Below are positions 8,387-18,317 of a DNA stretch of 64,000 bases, one piece after another. The notes beneath the pieces are model-generated. The model was not told where the DNA came from, made no database searches, and was given only the letters and a program-made list of their open reading frames with translations. Where the stretch lies: NCBI GenBank assembly GCA_965248835.1, contig CBDFLJ010000002.1:320001-384000 (forward strand), read 5' to 3'. The stretch is from Alphaproteobacteria bacterium. Lineage in GTDB: Bacteria > Pseudomonadota > Alphaproteobacteria > MPNO01. Position 1 is the first letter of the stretch. The number at the start of each line of letters is the position of its first letter. The position numbers and the translations under genes were made by a program.

Positions 8387-11373
8387 GTGACTTCTGGCCT
8401 CTCAGTCCCCGCAGCTACTGGATCAAGCCCTTCGGCAAGTGGCCCTGCGGGGGCTCTCTTCGAGGGCCAAGTCGCCGCACACTACCTGCTCACAATGCTC
8501 GCTGAAGCCGATCCGCGCGGACTGCCGGGCGTGTCTATCGAACGGATCGAGCTGCAGCGCGCAGGTGAAGGGCATCCCCTCGATGACGTCGTCGTCCACG
8601 GCATCACGCGGACAGGCGAGCCAGCAACGCTGGAGGTGCAGGTCAAGCGCACGATCACCTTCTCCCCCGGCGACACGGTGTTCAAGGACGTTGTAGGGCA
8701 ACTCGCACAAGCTTTCCGAACGCTCGATCTCGCCCATCACCGCCATCAGTTCGCCGTCTCGACCGAGCGCACCTCCTTCAAGATCACCGGTCCTTATCAG
8801 GATGTGCTGCGCTGGGCGCGCGAGGTTAGCTCGGCAGCGGTCTTCATCGGGCGGATCAACCGGGAAAAGGTCGGCAATGACAATATGCGCGCCTTTGTGC
8901 AAACAGTGCGTTCTCATCTTCTGGACGCCGGCTGCGCGAACGACGACGAGACCATTTGGCAGGTCCTGCGCCGCTTTCAGATCCTGATCTTCGACTATGA
9001 CGCACCCGGCTCCCAATCGCTCGAACTGGCACTTGAGCGGGCACGGAATCTGCTCGAACCGAGCGATGCGACGCGGGCCAGCGCCTTCTGGAAGGTCCTA
9101 ACCGAGACCGCGATCCGGGCTGCCGCTTCGGGCGGCGACCTCGACCGCGCACAGCTTCTCTCCGAAATCACAAGAATCAACGGCTTCCGGCTGCTCGGCT
9201 CGCCCCGCAATCGGATGCCGCGCGAAACCCTCGACGAAGCCGCCGGCCTCACCGCCGCCGACCTGCGCGGGAGCATCGCCGGGGTGACCTTGGCGCGCTC
9301 AAGCCAGCTCGACGCCGTGCGCGAGGCGCGCGATGAGGGCCGCTATGTCGAAATTCGCGGCGACCCAGGTGTCGGCAAGTCTGGCCTCCTAGGGATGCTC
9401 GTCGACCAGACACTCAACGAAGCACACACGATCGTTTTCACCCCGGAGCGGACGCTTCCCGGAGGCTGGTTGGCTTTCAAATCCGCGCTGCAGATTGAGA
9501 GCGGACCCGAGGCATTTCTCGCAGACCTCGCGAGCGATGGTGGCGCCGTACTCTTCGTCGACAGCCTCGACTTCTTCGACGACGTCGACAAGCGCGCCAC
9601 GGTCGTAGACCTGATTCGAGTGGCCGCCTCGATACCCACGTTCCAAGTGATCGTCACTGCGCGGAGCGACTTTGGCGAGGACGAACCGAATTGGCTGCCT
9701 TCGGAGACCGTCACAAAGCTCGGCCGCGCTCGACCTGTTTTGCTCGAAGAGCTGGGACCCGAGGAGATAGAGGAGCTCAGAGCCGCTGCGCCTTCCTTGA
9801 GCGCCCTGCTCGCCGACGACCATCCCGCCCGTGCGGTCGCCCGCAACCTCTTCCGGCTGGCGCGCCTGCTAGAAGTAAAGGGTTCAACCGATCAACTCCG
9901 GTCGGAAGTGGATCTAATTGAGCGTTGGTGGACGACGGCCGATGGCCCGGACACGGATCGACGCGGACGGGCGCGCCTGCTTGTCGATCTGACAGACGCT
10001 ATTCTTGCGGGCCGCGATCGCTTGGAGGTCCGCGCTACGTCGTCTGCCGTGGATGCCCTGATCACGAGCGGTACTCTCCGCGAGCTCGACCTCGACCGAC
10101 TCGCGTTTCGACATGATGTCCTCCGCGATTGGGGCGTGGCGGCACGCCTGCACGGCGACTTGGATAAGGTCAACCAGCTTCCGCTCAACCGTGCGGCGCC
10201 CGTCTCGCTAGCGCGGGGCGTCGAACTCGGCGCGCGGTTTGCGCTGGAGCGGTCCGAGGATGGCCAGGCTTGGATCGAGTACGTCGACCGGGTTAGTCAC
10301 GACGGGGCCCATGCATCCTGGCGCCGCTGGTCTCTTCTCGCGATCGTTCGCTCGGAACTCGCCTTCACGCTATTGGATCGAGCGTCTGCGGCACTGATGG
10401 AGAATGACGGCGCGCTATTGCGAGAACTGATCCGCACAGCGATTGCGGTCGAGTCTCGACCGCTCGCTGAAACGCTCGCCGAAGTTGGCGTCGAAGCGGG
10501 ATCAATCCCCGCCGGCATCTACGGCCCAACGAATCGCTCTTGGGAGCGTCTAGCGCGCTGGTTGCTCGCGAGGCAAGCCTGTCTGCCGCTGCAAGGGCTT
10601 CCCGACGTTGTCGAGCTATTCCAGAGCCTCTCTGCGTCCATGTTCTTCGCCGATCCAATAATTACGCCGAGAATGGCCATAGCGCTCGCCGACTGGCTCG
10701 ATGAGGTCGAGGACGCTCTGGATCATCGTTTGTCCTCGGCCGATCCGCCGAGGTTCGCGAGCGCGTTCCGGAATCATGATTTGCAGAAGCTGGCTGGCGA
10801 TGTACGGCAGGCGTTTCTCCTTATGGCCGCCCGCGTGCCCGAGCGGGCGCAAAGCTATTTGTGCCGGCTACTCAGGCGGCGAAATCCCGATCACACAATC
10901 CGCGACATCATGAAATTCCGCGGAACACTGGCGCAGGCGGCGCCTGCAGAGCTCGTTGAACTCACGCTGGCAGGGCTGATCCCAAAGGATGACCAGAAGC
11001 ACCGGAGCACGATCCGAAACGAAGCGTTCACACATCTCGACAGTGACTTCCTACCAAGTTCGCCCTCGCAGGGCCCATTTCTCGACTTGCTCAACGTGGC
11101 ACCAGAACATGGCCTCAGCCTCATCCGGCGCCTGGTCGATCACGCGATCGCCGCCCGCAGCGGCGGACGTGAACCGGGCGATGACGGGATCACGCTCCTC
11201 CTTCCGACCGGTCCGCGTGTCTTTCCGTGGTCACACTCCTATCTCTGGTCGCGACAGGCCGGCGGCTGCTACGCGGTTGCATCTGGCCTCTTGGCGCTCG
11301 AAGCATGGGCACATGCCCGGATCGAACGAGGAAATGTTCCAGAGCAGGTCGTAGCCGATCTTCTTGGGCCTGA
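8387..11373 (+). pseudogene. 5' part of an IS-interrupted nuclease-STAND NTPase (Avs-like candidate defence protein)
   Basis: GPAGALFE...LDDVVV...LEVQVKR (PD-(D/E)xK-like), Walker A GDPGVGKS, Walker B VLFVDSLD, sensor VIVTARS, ARNLFRL and FRHDVLRDW. Confidence 0.75.
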
Positions 11374-12315
11374 GAGCCCTTCCGGAAAGTTCTTGAATCG
11401 GAAGAATCGTTTGTGATTCTGTGCTGGGCATCCGGTTTACAGGAGGAAGCCCGATGTGGACTGCGGAACACCGCCGCGCGGCGGAGCGTCGCGGACTTCG
11501 CTATCCGAGTGATCTGACCGACGCCGAGTGGGCGCTGATCGCGCCAATGATCCCGCCTGCCAAGCGCGGCGGGCGCAAGCGCTCAGTCGACGTGCGCGAG
11601 GTTCTGAACGGCATCTTCTACGTGCTGTCCACGGGCTGCCAGTGGAATGCACTGCCCAAGGATCTGCCGCCGAAGTCGACGGTGTACGACTATTTCGATC
11701 TATGGGAGTGGGATGGCACGCTGGAGCGGATCCATCATGAACTCTACGTCGCGGTGCGCGATGAGGAAGGACGCGAAGCCAGCCCGTCGGCCGCGGTCAT
11801 CGACAGCCAGAGCGCCAAGGCGGCGCAAAAAGGGGGGCGTCGATCGACGATCAAGGCTTCGATGCGGGCAAGAAGGTCACCGGTCGCAAGCGGCACATCA
11901 TGGTCGACACGCTCGGCCTGATGCTGGGCATCGTGGTGCATTCCGGCGACGTTCAGGATCGCGACGGTGCCCACGAGCTCTTGCGCCGCACCCGGCGACG
12001 GTTCCCATTCATCGAGGTGATCTACGCCGACGGCGGCTATCAGGGACCGAAGATGGCCGCGACTGTCGCCAAGACCGGGGGGTGGCGGCTCGAGATCGTC
12101 AAGCGCAACGACGTGCCCCGCTTCGAGGTGCTGCCAAAGCGTTGGATTGTCGAACGCACCTTCGCCTGGATCAGCCGCAACAGGCGCCTCGCTCGCGACT
12201 TCGAACGTCACGTTCGATCCGTCGTCGCCTTCATCCGACTCGCCATGATCCGCATCATGCTGCGCAGACTCGCCGCAACACACTCACCATAGATTCAAAC
12301 TTTCCGGATCGGCTC
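11374..12315 (+). mobile_element. IS5-family (IS1031-like) element, 942 bp, TGA target duplication
   Basis: IRs GAGCCCTTCCGGAAAGTT / AACTTTCCGGATCGGCTC; TGA at 11371-11373 and again at 12316-12318. Confidence 0.92.
11454..12292 (+). CDS. IS5-family transposase in two frames joined by a -1 shift
   Basis: RYPSDLTDAEW, TGCQWNALPKDLPP, IDSQS, then GRKRHIMVDTLG, YADGGY and RWIVERTFAW. AAAAAGGGGGG at 11827-11837 lies at the frame junction. Confidence 0.88.
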
Positions 12316-12318
12316 TGA

Positions 12319-14449
12319 GGGTTCGCCAGCTGCATTCCTCCTCGTTGCAGTCGACGTTCTCCTCTCGCATTGGCCAAAGACCATGACGGCCGCCATCCCT
12401 TTCCTCGGTTCGCCCGAGCTGCTGTCGCTTGATCGAGGCCGCCACATCCATGATGGAATGTCGAGGTTGGACCCGAGCGGATGGTTTGGCCCCGGCCCAA
12501 ACGAACCGACAGGAGTAATTCGACTCGAAGATCTTAGAATGCGGCCGTCGCGCAGCTACCCGTTGGAAACGTTACTTGGACCCTTTGCTCTCAACGAGGC
12601 GGCCGACCACGAAAGACTGCATGCCCTGCTCGCCGCGGCTGCAGCGCGATTGGGGCCTCCTGAATCGGACGATACATTCGCAGAGCCGCGGCTTATGGCA
12701 CGCTACGCCCTTAACCTGACTGACCCTGCAAACTGGTCGTCCGTCGACGGCGGCCGTGCGTACATATCCCCGCCTGAGGAAGCCCGGCACATCGAGGCGC
12801 TCCAAGAAAAGCACGCGGCGCATACCCAGGATGTCCAAATCGACGCAGCGATACAGGGCGTGTTGGAAGACAGCACGCGATCAAGCCACGAGTTCGCGGA
12901 ACAGGCAGTCGCTTATACGCAGCGTCTGTCGACAGTCACGGATTCGCCCGAAGACGTCCTGCGCTCTCGAACCAACGCAATCGTCTCAGCCGCAATGGTA
13001 CTTAGTCGCGACGGCTCCGATAGGTTGCTCGACCAGCACGAAGAATGGGCGCGGAACGTGTTCGCGCCGACATTCGCAACCACCAACCACATCGCCGGTT
13101 CCGGGGGGCCTGACGGCATTCGTTTCAATCCTGTCGCGATCGCCACGCTCGGGCTCATTCACCTTTGGCAGCGACGCGGCCGCGAGGGTGACTGCATCGC
13201 GCTGCTAGAGCTCGCTGGACGAGAAGACTCCTTGGCTGCTCACGGCTTCGGCGGCGGCATCACTGTCCTTCGCGAGATCGACCCGCGGCTTGCGTCTGCC
13301 TTGCTGCGGTGTGCGCTTACCGCCCAAGTCCAGCCGAGTTGGGTTCGCCAGGACACCGAAGAAATCAAGGCAACCAAGCAGGCACAGCACAAGGAGCGGG
13401 TCGCGGGCGCAATTCAAGCCGAGCTGGCCTGGCTGAACAACGTTGGGCCGGAACCGACGTGGCCGATCTTCCCGCCTCCGATGATCTCTGTCCAGCGCGG
13501 CCTGAGGATCGGCGGCAACGATCACGCGGCGCGACGGGCCCCAGCCGTAATGCCAAGCGATCAACTCCATTCTCAGAGGGCCGCCACATGGATTAAACAG
13601 CTAACGCGCGATTCCGGTCCCGACGATTTAGACTGTATCGTGAGCTTTGTTGACGCTTACGCTGATTGGACCGCAGCGGCGAACGGCGCCGGACACCAGC
13701 CGGAGGCCAAGATCGAAGGCCGAATGGGCGAGTGGAACAGCGTTTTCTTTTCGCTTCTAGCCCGCGCCTTCGCGGCCATGACACCCGATCAGGTCGCCAC
13801 CCATGTTGCGCGCTCGGTTGCCGTTCCTGACGAGTCCTTCTTCGATGTCGCAAACGAGCTCGTGCGCATGATCGATCAAGTTCACTTCAATGGGTCCGGT
13901 TTGGACATCGACATGGCGGTCAGGTTGCGCAGCTTGCTGGCAGATCGTTTGGTTCAAACAGCTGGCTGGCGGCGCGAGTGCGATAGCTCGGAGCTCTCGG
14001 TTGAGATGCATATAGGCTCAGCGATTGCTGCGCTATTTTTTAACAATTACAGTCTATTCACAGGATCTTCTTGTGACCTGCTCGCCAAAGGGATCGATCA
14101 AGTTGAGCCCTTCCTGCCTGAACTGAGCAGATTGATCACTGATGGGCCGGTTCCGTTTACCGGGCTCTTGACAATGAGTCTCCTTGAAGTGTCGCCTAGG
14201 TCGGCCCACTTGAGTTTTTTCCTATCGAGTTCAATCACTTGGATCAAACGACAACCGACCAACACGCAGCTGTGGATCGACGTCGGGCTGGGCACTCGCG
14301 TTGCAAAGTGGCTGGAAACAGTCTTTGGGATCGACGCGACGCTCCGTGACCCATCTCATCCGCTGAGATCTCAAATGGAAGACGTTCTCGCTCGTCTAGT
14401 CCAGGCCGGCGTGGCCGACGCTCACAGGGTGGAGGGGCTACTAGTCTAA
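12319..14449 (+). pseudogene. 3' part of the IS-interrupted nuclease-STAND protein
   Basis: In frame with 8387-11373 once the IS and one TGA copy are removed (LLGPE-GSPAAFLLVAVDVLLSHWPKT-MTAAIP). No recognisable catalytic motif. Confidence 0.75.
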
Positions 14450-14467
14450 GGATTGTCTCGCGGTCGG

Positions 14468-14619
14468 TTCCGCTCCGTGGCGACCTTCAGGCCGCCATCA
14501 ACCGATTCGTCGCCGAGTACAACCAAAGCGAGGCCAAGCCATTCCGTTGGACCGCAGACCCCGACAAAATCATCCACGCCGTCAAACGCGGGTACCAGAC
14601 GTTGGATTCGATCCACTAG
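14468..14619 (+). repeat. Second IS630 right-end remnant, direct repeat of 8224-8376
   Basis: Manual alignment gives about 13 mismatches plus 1 gap over 153 nt; both copies end CCACTAG. Confidence 0.9.
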
Positions 14620-15626
14620 CTTGCCAGCAGGTCTTTCAAGGCGGTGTCGATAAAGACCGCGTCGGTCGGGCTTCTCCCCGAGCCGGCCCAATGGCCCCAG
14701 ATCGTGGGGATCGGGCGGAACTCGGCATTGGGCATGTGGGCGGCTTCATACTCGCCGTCTTCGGGCGGGAAATACGTATCCGTCCTGCTCGGCATGACGA
14801 TCGCCCGCGCGCAGATCGAGGCGAGCGCGTCCTCGAAGCGGGAACCGTAGAGCGCATTGGCACTGATGTCGGCGTGCTGCCAGGTCCAGATTTGCGACAG
14901 GATGTTGTTGGCATCGAGCGACAGGCACCAGCGCTCCCAATAGCCGGACAGAAACGCTTCGAGCGTGGCGAACCCGAGGTCCTTGTACTTCTCCTCGCGG
15001 TAGAAGCCCTGCGAGGGCGGCCAGGGCGCCCACGCTCGGCCCAGCGCGCGCAGGCCGGCCGTCGGCGGCTCCTCGTAGTCGCCGCTGCGCCATGCCGGAT
15101 CTGCGGTCAGCACGGCCCGCATGCCTTCGAGAAAGGCAGTGTTGTGGATCGATGTCCGCGCCGACCCGCAGATCGGCGCGATGCGTTCGACCATGTCCGG
15201 AAACAGCGCCGCCCAGTGATAGGTCTGGATCGCACCCATCGAATGGCCGAAGGCGAGCGCGACGCTTTCGATGCCGAACAGCTCGGCGACCAGCTTCCGC
15301 TGCATTTGGACATTGTCGTAGATGGTGACGTCAGGGAAGCGCGCCTTGTCCGATGGCGGCGGTGTGTTGCTCGGCGAGGACGACAAACCATTGCCGGTCG
15401 TATTCATGATGATGATGAAATACTTGCCCGGGTCGATCGCCTTGTCCTGGCCGATGAAGTGTTCGCAGTCTTTGTCGCGCGCGCTGAACGGCGTGAAGCA
15501 CAGCACGACGTTGCTCTTGGCCGCGTTGAGCGTGCCATGCGTGGCATAGGCGATCTTCGCGCCCGGCAACGTTCGGCCCGACTGCAGCACGACCGCGCCG
15601 GCTTCGAATATCTGGTGGTCGGTCAT
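14616..15626 (-). CDS. Alpha/beta hydrolase, homoserine O-acetyltransferase-like
   Basis: GGAGG RBS before ATG 15626; GTLNAAKSNVVL, GNGLSSSPSN, nucleophile GHSMG, DTYFP and WGH. Confidence 0.8.
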   Translation of the reverse strand: MTDHQIFEAGAVVLQSGRTLPGAKIAYATHGTLNAAKSNVVLCFTPFSARDKDCEHFIGQDKAIDPGKYFIIIMNTTGNGLSSSPSNTPPPSDKARFPDVTIYDNVQMQRKLVAELFGIESVALAFGHSMGAIQTYHWAALFPDMVERIAPICGSARTSIHNTAFLEGMRAVLTADPAWRSGDYEEPPTAGLRALGRAWAPWPPSQGFYREEKYKDLGFATLEAFLSGYWERWCLSLDANNILSQIWTWQHADISANALYGSRFEDALASICARAIVMPSRTDTYFPPEDGEYEAAHMPNAEFRPIPTIWGHWAGSGRSPTDAVFIDTALKDLLAS

Positions 15627-16238
15627 CCTACGATCCTCCAAGCGGACCTCGGCCCGATCGCCGAAGACCTCGTTGACCTGTGCGCGGCATTGTTCGGCGC
15701 GTCGGTACAGCGCCTCCGCCCTGTCCGGCGGACAGCTCAACCCGTCCTCGATCATCTCGCGCAGCTTCGGGCTCATCCGCTCCTTGTGGTTTCGATAGTC
15801 CTCACCCAGCGTGCGGGTCAGCCCGACCTTGAGGATCTCCGTATGGATCTCCAACAGATCGTCATATTGCGCCGGCAATCCGACCTCGTCGACCGCCGCC
15901 CCCAGTTCGGCCAGCCGCGCTGCCGCACCCTCCACCGCATCGATGCTGGATTGCTCCGCATGGAACCACATGGGAGTCCGGCACAACCCGATCCGCGGAC
16001 TGCGGTCGAGCCCGTCAGCCAGCGGCCGCGGCGTCTGGTCGTGGACGACCGCGAAGAAGCTCGCCAGGTCGTCGAAGCTGCGCCCCATATAGCCGAGCGT
16101 GTCGAAGCTCGGCTCCAGCGGCAAAATTACCGTGAGGTCGGTGATGCCGCGCGTCGGTTTGAAGGCACAGATCCCGCGGAACGAGGCCGGACGGATCAGC
16201 GAGCCTGCGGTCTGGTTGCCGAAGGCGATGGGCACCAT
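15627..16238 (-). pseudogene. Internal fragment of an amidase-signature enzyme, in frame with the downstream hydrolase
   Basis: MVPIAFGNQTAGSLIRPASFRGICAFKPT...SFDTLG. The catalytic Lys, the GGSS motif and the C-terminus are missing. Confidence 0.7.
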
Positions 16239-16401
16239 ATGGTCTCGGTGGTCGGCTGCAAGGTTTTTTTGTTCCAACCCGATCCTTCCTCTGCAGCCGT
16301 GGAAAACCCTATTCTTGCCGCACGCGTTCCATGCAACCGCGAGATGCCGCGGCGTTCGAGTCGTCCGTCGAAGACCCTTCTCGCAACCGGGGATGAAAGC
16401 C

Positions 16402-17445
16402 ATGACCCACGCAGAAATCGGCCCGAAACTGGCCCGCGCCGCGGATGTCCTTGCGCGGGACATGATGTGCATATCCAAAGGCGAGAGCGTCCTGATTACG
16501 ACCGACACCGGGACCGACATCGTCGGGGTCCAGGCGGTCCAGGATGCCGCCTACCGGCTGGGCGCGAAGGTCGCCTCGATCGTGCTGGCGCCGCCGCTCC
16601 CGTTTCAGGGCGGCCTGGCGGACGCGTTTCTCCCTGACCACGTCAAGGCGGCGACCGGCGAATGCGATGCCTGGATCGACCTGTGCATGCCGTATCTGGC
16701 CGGCTCGAAGGCCTTCGATCGCGCGATGGAGAAGGGCCGCGCGCGATATTTCCTCGGCGCCGATATCGGGGCCGAGGAAATCGTCCGTCTGATGGGCGGG
16801 GCCGAACTCGACGCAATGTTTGCGCTGGGCGATGCGTTCGGTGCGCTGATGGCGGAGTCTGCCGGCAAGGAATGCCGCATTACCAACGCGGCCGGCACCG
16901 ATGTCGGTTTCACGCTGGCCAAGCCCGAAGGCTTCGCGCTGGCCAAGGCGACCAAGCCCGGCGGCTATTTCGTGCCGGGCACGATCGTGTTCATGCCCGA
17001 ATTGGAGTCGGTCCGCGGCTCGGTGGTCACCAGCAACATGTTCCATGAGTATTACACCGAGCTCGGCGAGCCGATGACGCTCAGGATCGACGGCAAGGTC
17101 CAGGAGGTCATCGGCGGCGGTCCGGAGAACAAGGTCATGCAGCGCGCGCTGGCCCGCGCGGGGAACGGGGATTTCGGCTACGTGGTCCATTTCACCTGCG
17201 GTTTTCATCCCGCTGCGCGCTATACCGGCAAGTGTTTCATCGAGGACCAGCGCGTCGCCGGCTACAACGCTATCGGTCTCGGCTTGCCGTTCTGGGTGCC
17301 CGGCGGAGGCGAGAACCATCCCGACTGCGTGATCTCGATGCAGTCGATGTGGGTCGACGGGCAACAGGTTCTCCAAGACGGCGTGATCATCGCACCCGAG
17401 CACCTCGTGGCGATGTCCAAGGAGCTGCTTCCGATCTACGCATAG
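16402..17445 (+). CDS. M29/NicX-fold metalloprotein (NicX-like paralog)
   Basis: KGESVLITTDT, ITNAAGTDV, VVHFTCGFHP and ENHPDCVI; same layout as nicX at 30979. Confidence 0.65.
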   Translation: MTHAEIGPKLARAADVLARDMMCISKGESVLITTDTGTDIVGVQAVQDAAYRLGAKVASIVLAPPLPFQGGLADAFLPDHVKAATGECDAWIDLCMPYLAGSKAFDRAMEKGRARYFLGADIGAEEIVRLMGGAELDAMFALGDAFGALMAESAGKECRITNAAGTDVGFTLAKPEGFALAKATKPGGYFVPGTIVFMPELESVRGSVVTSNMFHEYYTELGEPMTLRIDGKVQEVIGGGPENKVMQRALARAGNGDFGYVVHFTCGFHPAARYTGKCFIEDQRVAGYNAIGLGLPFWVPGGGENHPDCVISMQSMWVDGQQVLQDGVIIAPEHLVAMSKELLPIYA

Positions 17446-17524
17446 GCGCGCTCAGCGGTCCAACAGCCGGGCTGCGTTGTCATGCAGCACCTTTCGTAAA
17501 GCGTCCGGTTGGAAGGGGAAGGCC

Positions 17525-17644
17525 TTGAACCTGTCGGAGGTCTGTCTTTCGAGCCTGCCGTTTCTCGGCTGTTCGGTGCTCCTTGTCGTCCTGATCATCT
17601 TGTTTCCCGATATCGCGCTTTACCTGCCCCGAATGGCGCAGTAA
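17525..17644 (+). pseudogene. C-terminal remnant of a TRAP large permease (DctM)
   Basis: LNLSEVCLSSLPFLGCSVLLVVLIILFPDIALYLPRMAQ* aligns with the C-terminus of the DctM at 32810 (FSQVVYAGLPYIGCAFVLLALLIAVPDVVLFLPSLMGS). Confidence 0.65.
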
Positions 17645-17684
17645 CGCCGCGCCCGGTCGCGCCGCGTGACTTCGGAGCGTCCGA

Positions 17685-18134
17685 TCAGACCGCTTGTCCG
17701 TCGTTTTCTTCCCCGGCCCGCGCGGTCGCCGCGTCGGGGAACACGCACTTTATGGCGTGCATGGCAATCTGTTCGTCTTCAAACGACTTGACCCCGGAAA
17801 TGCCCACCGCGCCGACCAGATGGCCGTCGATTATGATCGGCAAGCCGCCCTGCGCGGCCAGGAACGGGAATGTCGCATAGGCCCTGTGAGTGGTTTCGAT
17901 CCAATGTTCCCAGACGCCGCTCGGGCGGCACGTCATCGCGGAGGTGTTGACCTTGGCCAGCGCGATCTCGTCGTTGCCCGGACGCGCGCCGTCCATGCGG
18001 TGGACGGCGATGATGCGTCCGCCGTCGTTGACGATGGCGACCACGACTTCCCAGTTGTTTCGCCGAGCCTTGTCCTCGGCCGCGGCCATGAGCTGCTTGG
18101 CATCGTCCAGAGTGAGCGCAGGCTTGGTGATCAT
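17685..18134 (-). CDS. GlcG/HbpS-family heme-binding protein
   Basis: VAIVNDGG, RMDGA, IALAK and GGLPIIIDGHLVGAVGISG. Confidence 0.88.
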   Translation of the reverse strand: MITKPALTLDDAKQLMAAAEDKARRNNWEVVVAIVNDGGRIIAVHRMDGARPGNDEIALAKVNTSAMTCRPSGVWEHWIETTHRAYATFPFLAAQGGLPIIIDGHLVGAVGISGVKSFEDEQIAMHAIKCVFPDAATARAGEENDGQAV

Positions 18135-18317
18135 TTGCGATTCCCTCCGCGGTTTGCGGTCTTGCGATCCAGGCGATCGGTCTGCTTAGCACACCGATGT
18201 CCGGCAACGAAAAGACCTGGCGGGCGCGACTTGTCCAAAGGGCGGTTTGCAGCCATCCTTGGTCCGTCCGGGGCCGGCGAAGGGCGCGGGTCCTCGGTCG
18301 TGCCGGAGGGAATGGTC

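Noticed and set aside
8387-14449. Two-gene system (1009-aa ATPase plus 688-aa partner)
   Set aside because: The break coincides exactly with IS5 IRs and a TGA duplication, and the halves rejoin in frame.
14616-15626. metX or nicD assignment
   Set aside because: Only the fold and catalytic triad are supported; specificity cannot be read from the sequence.
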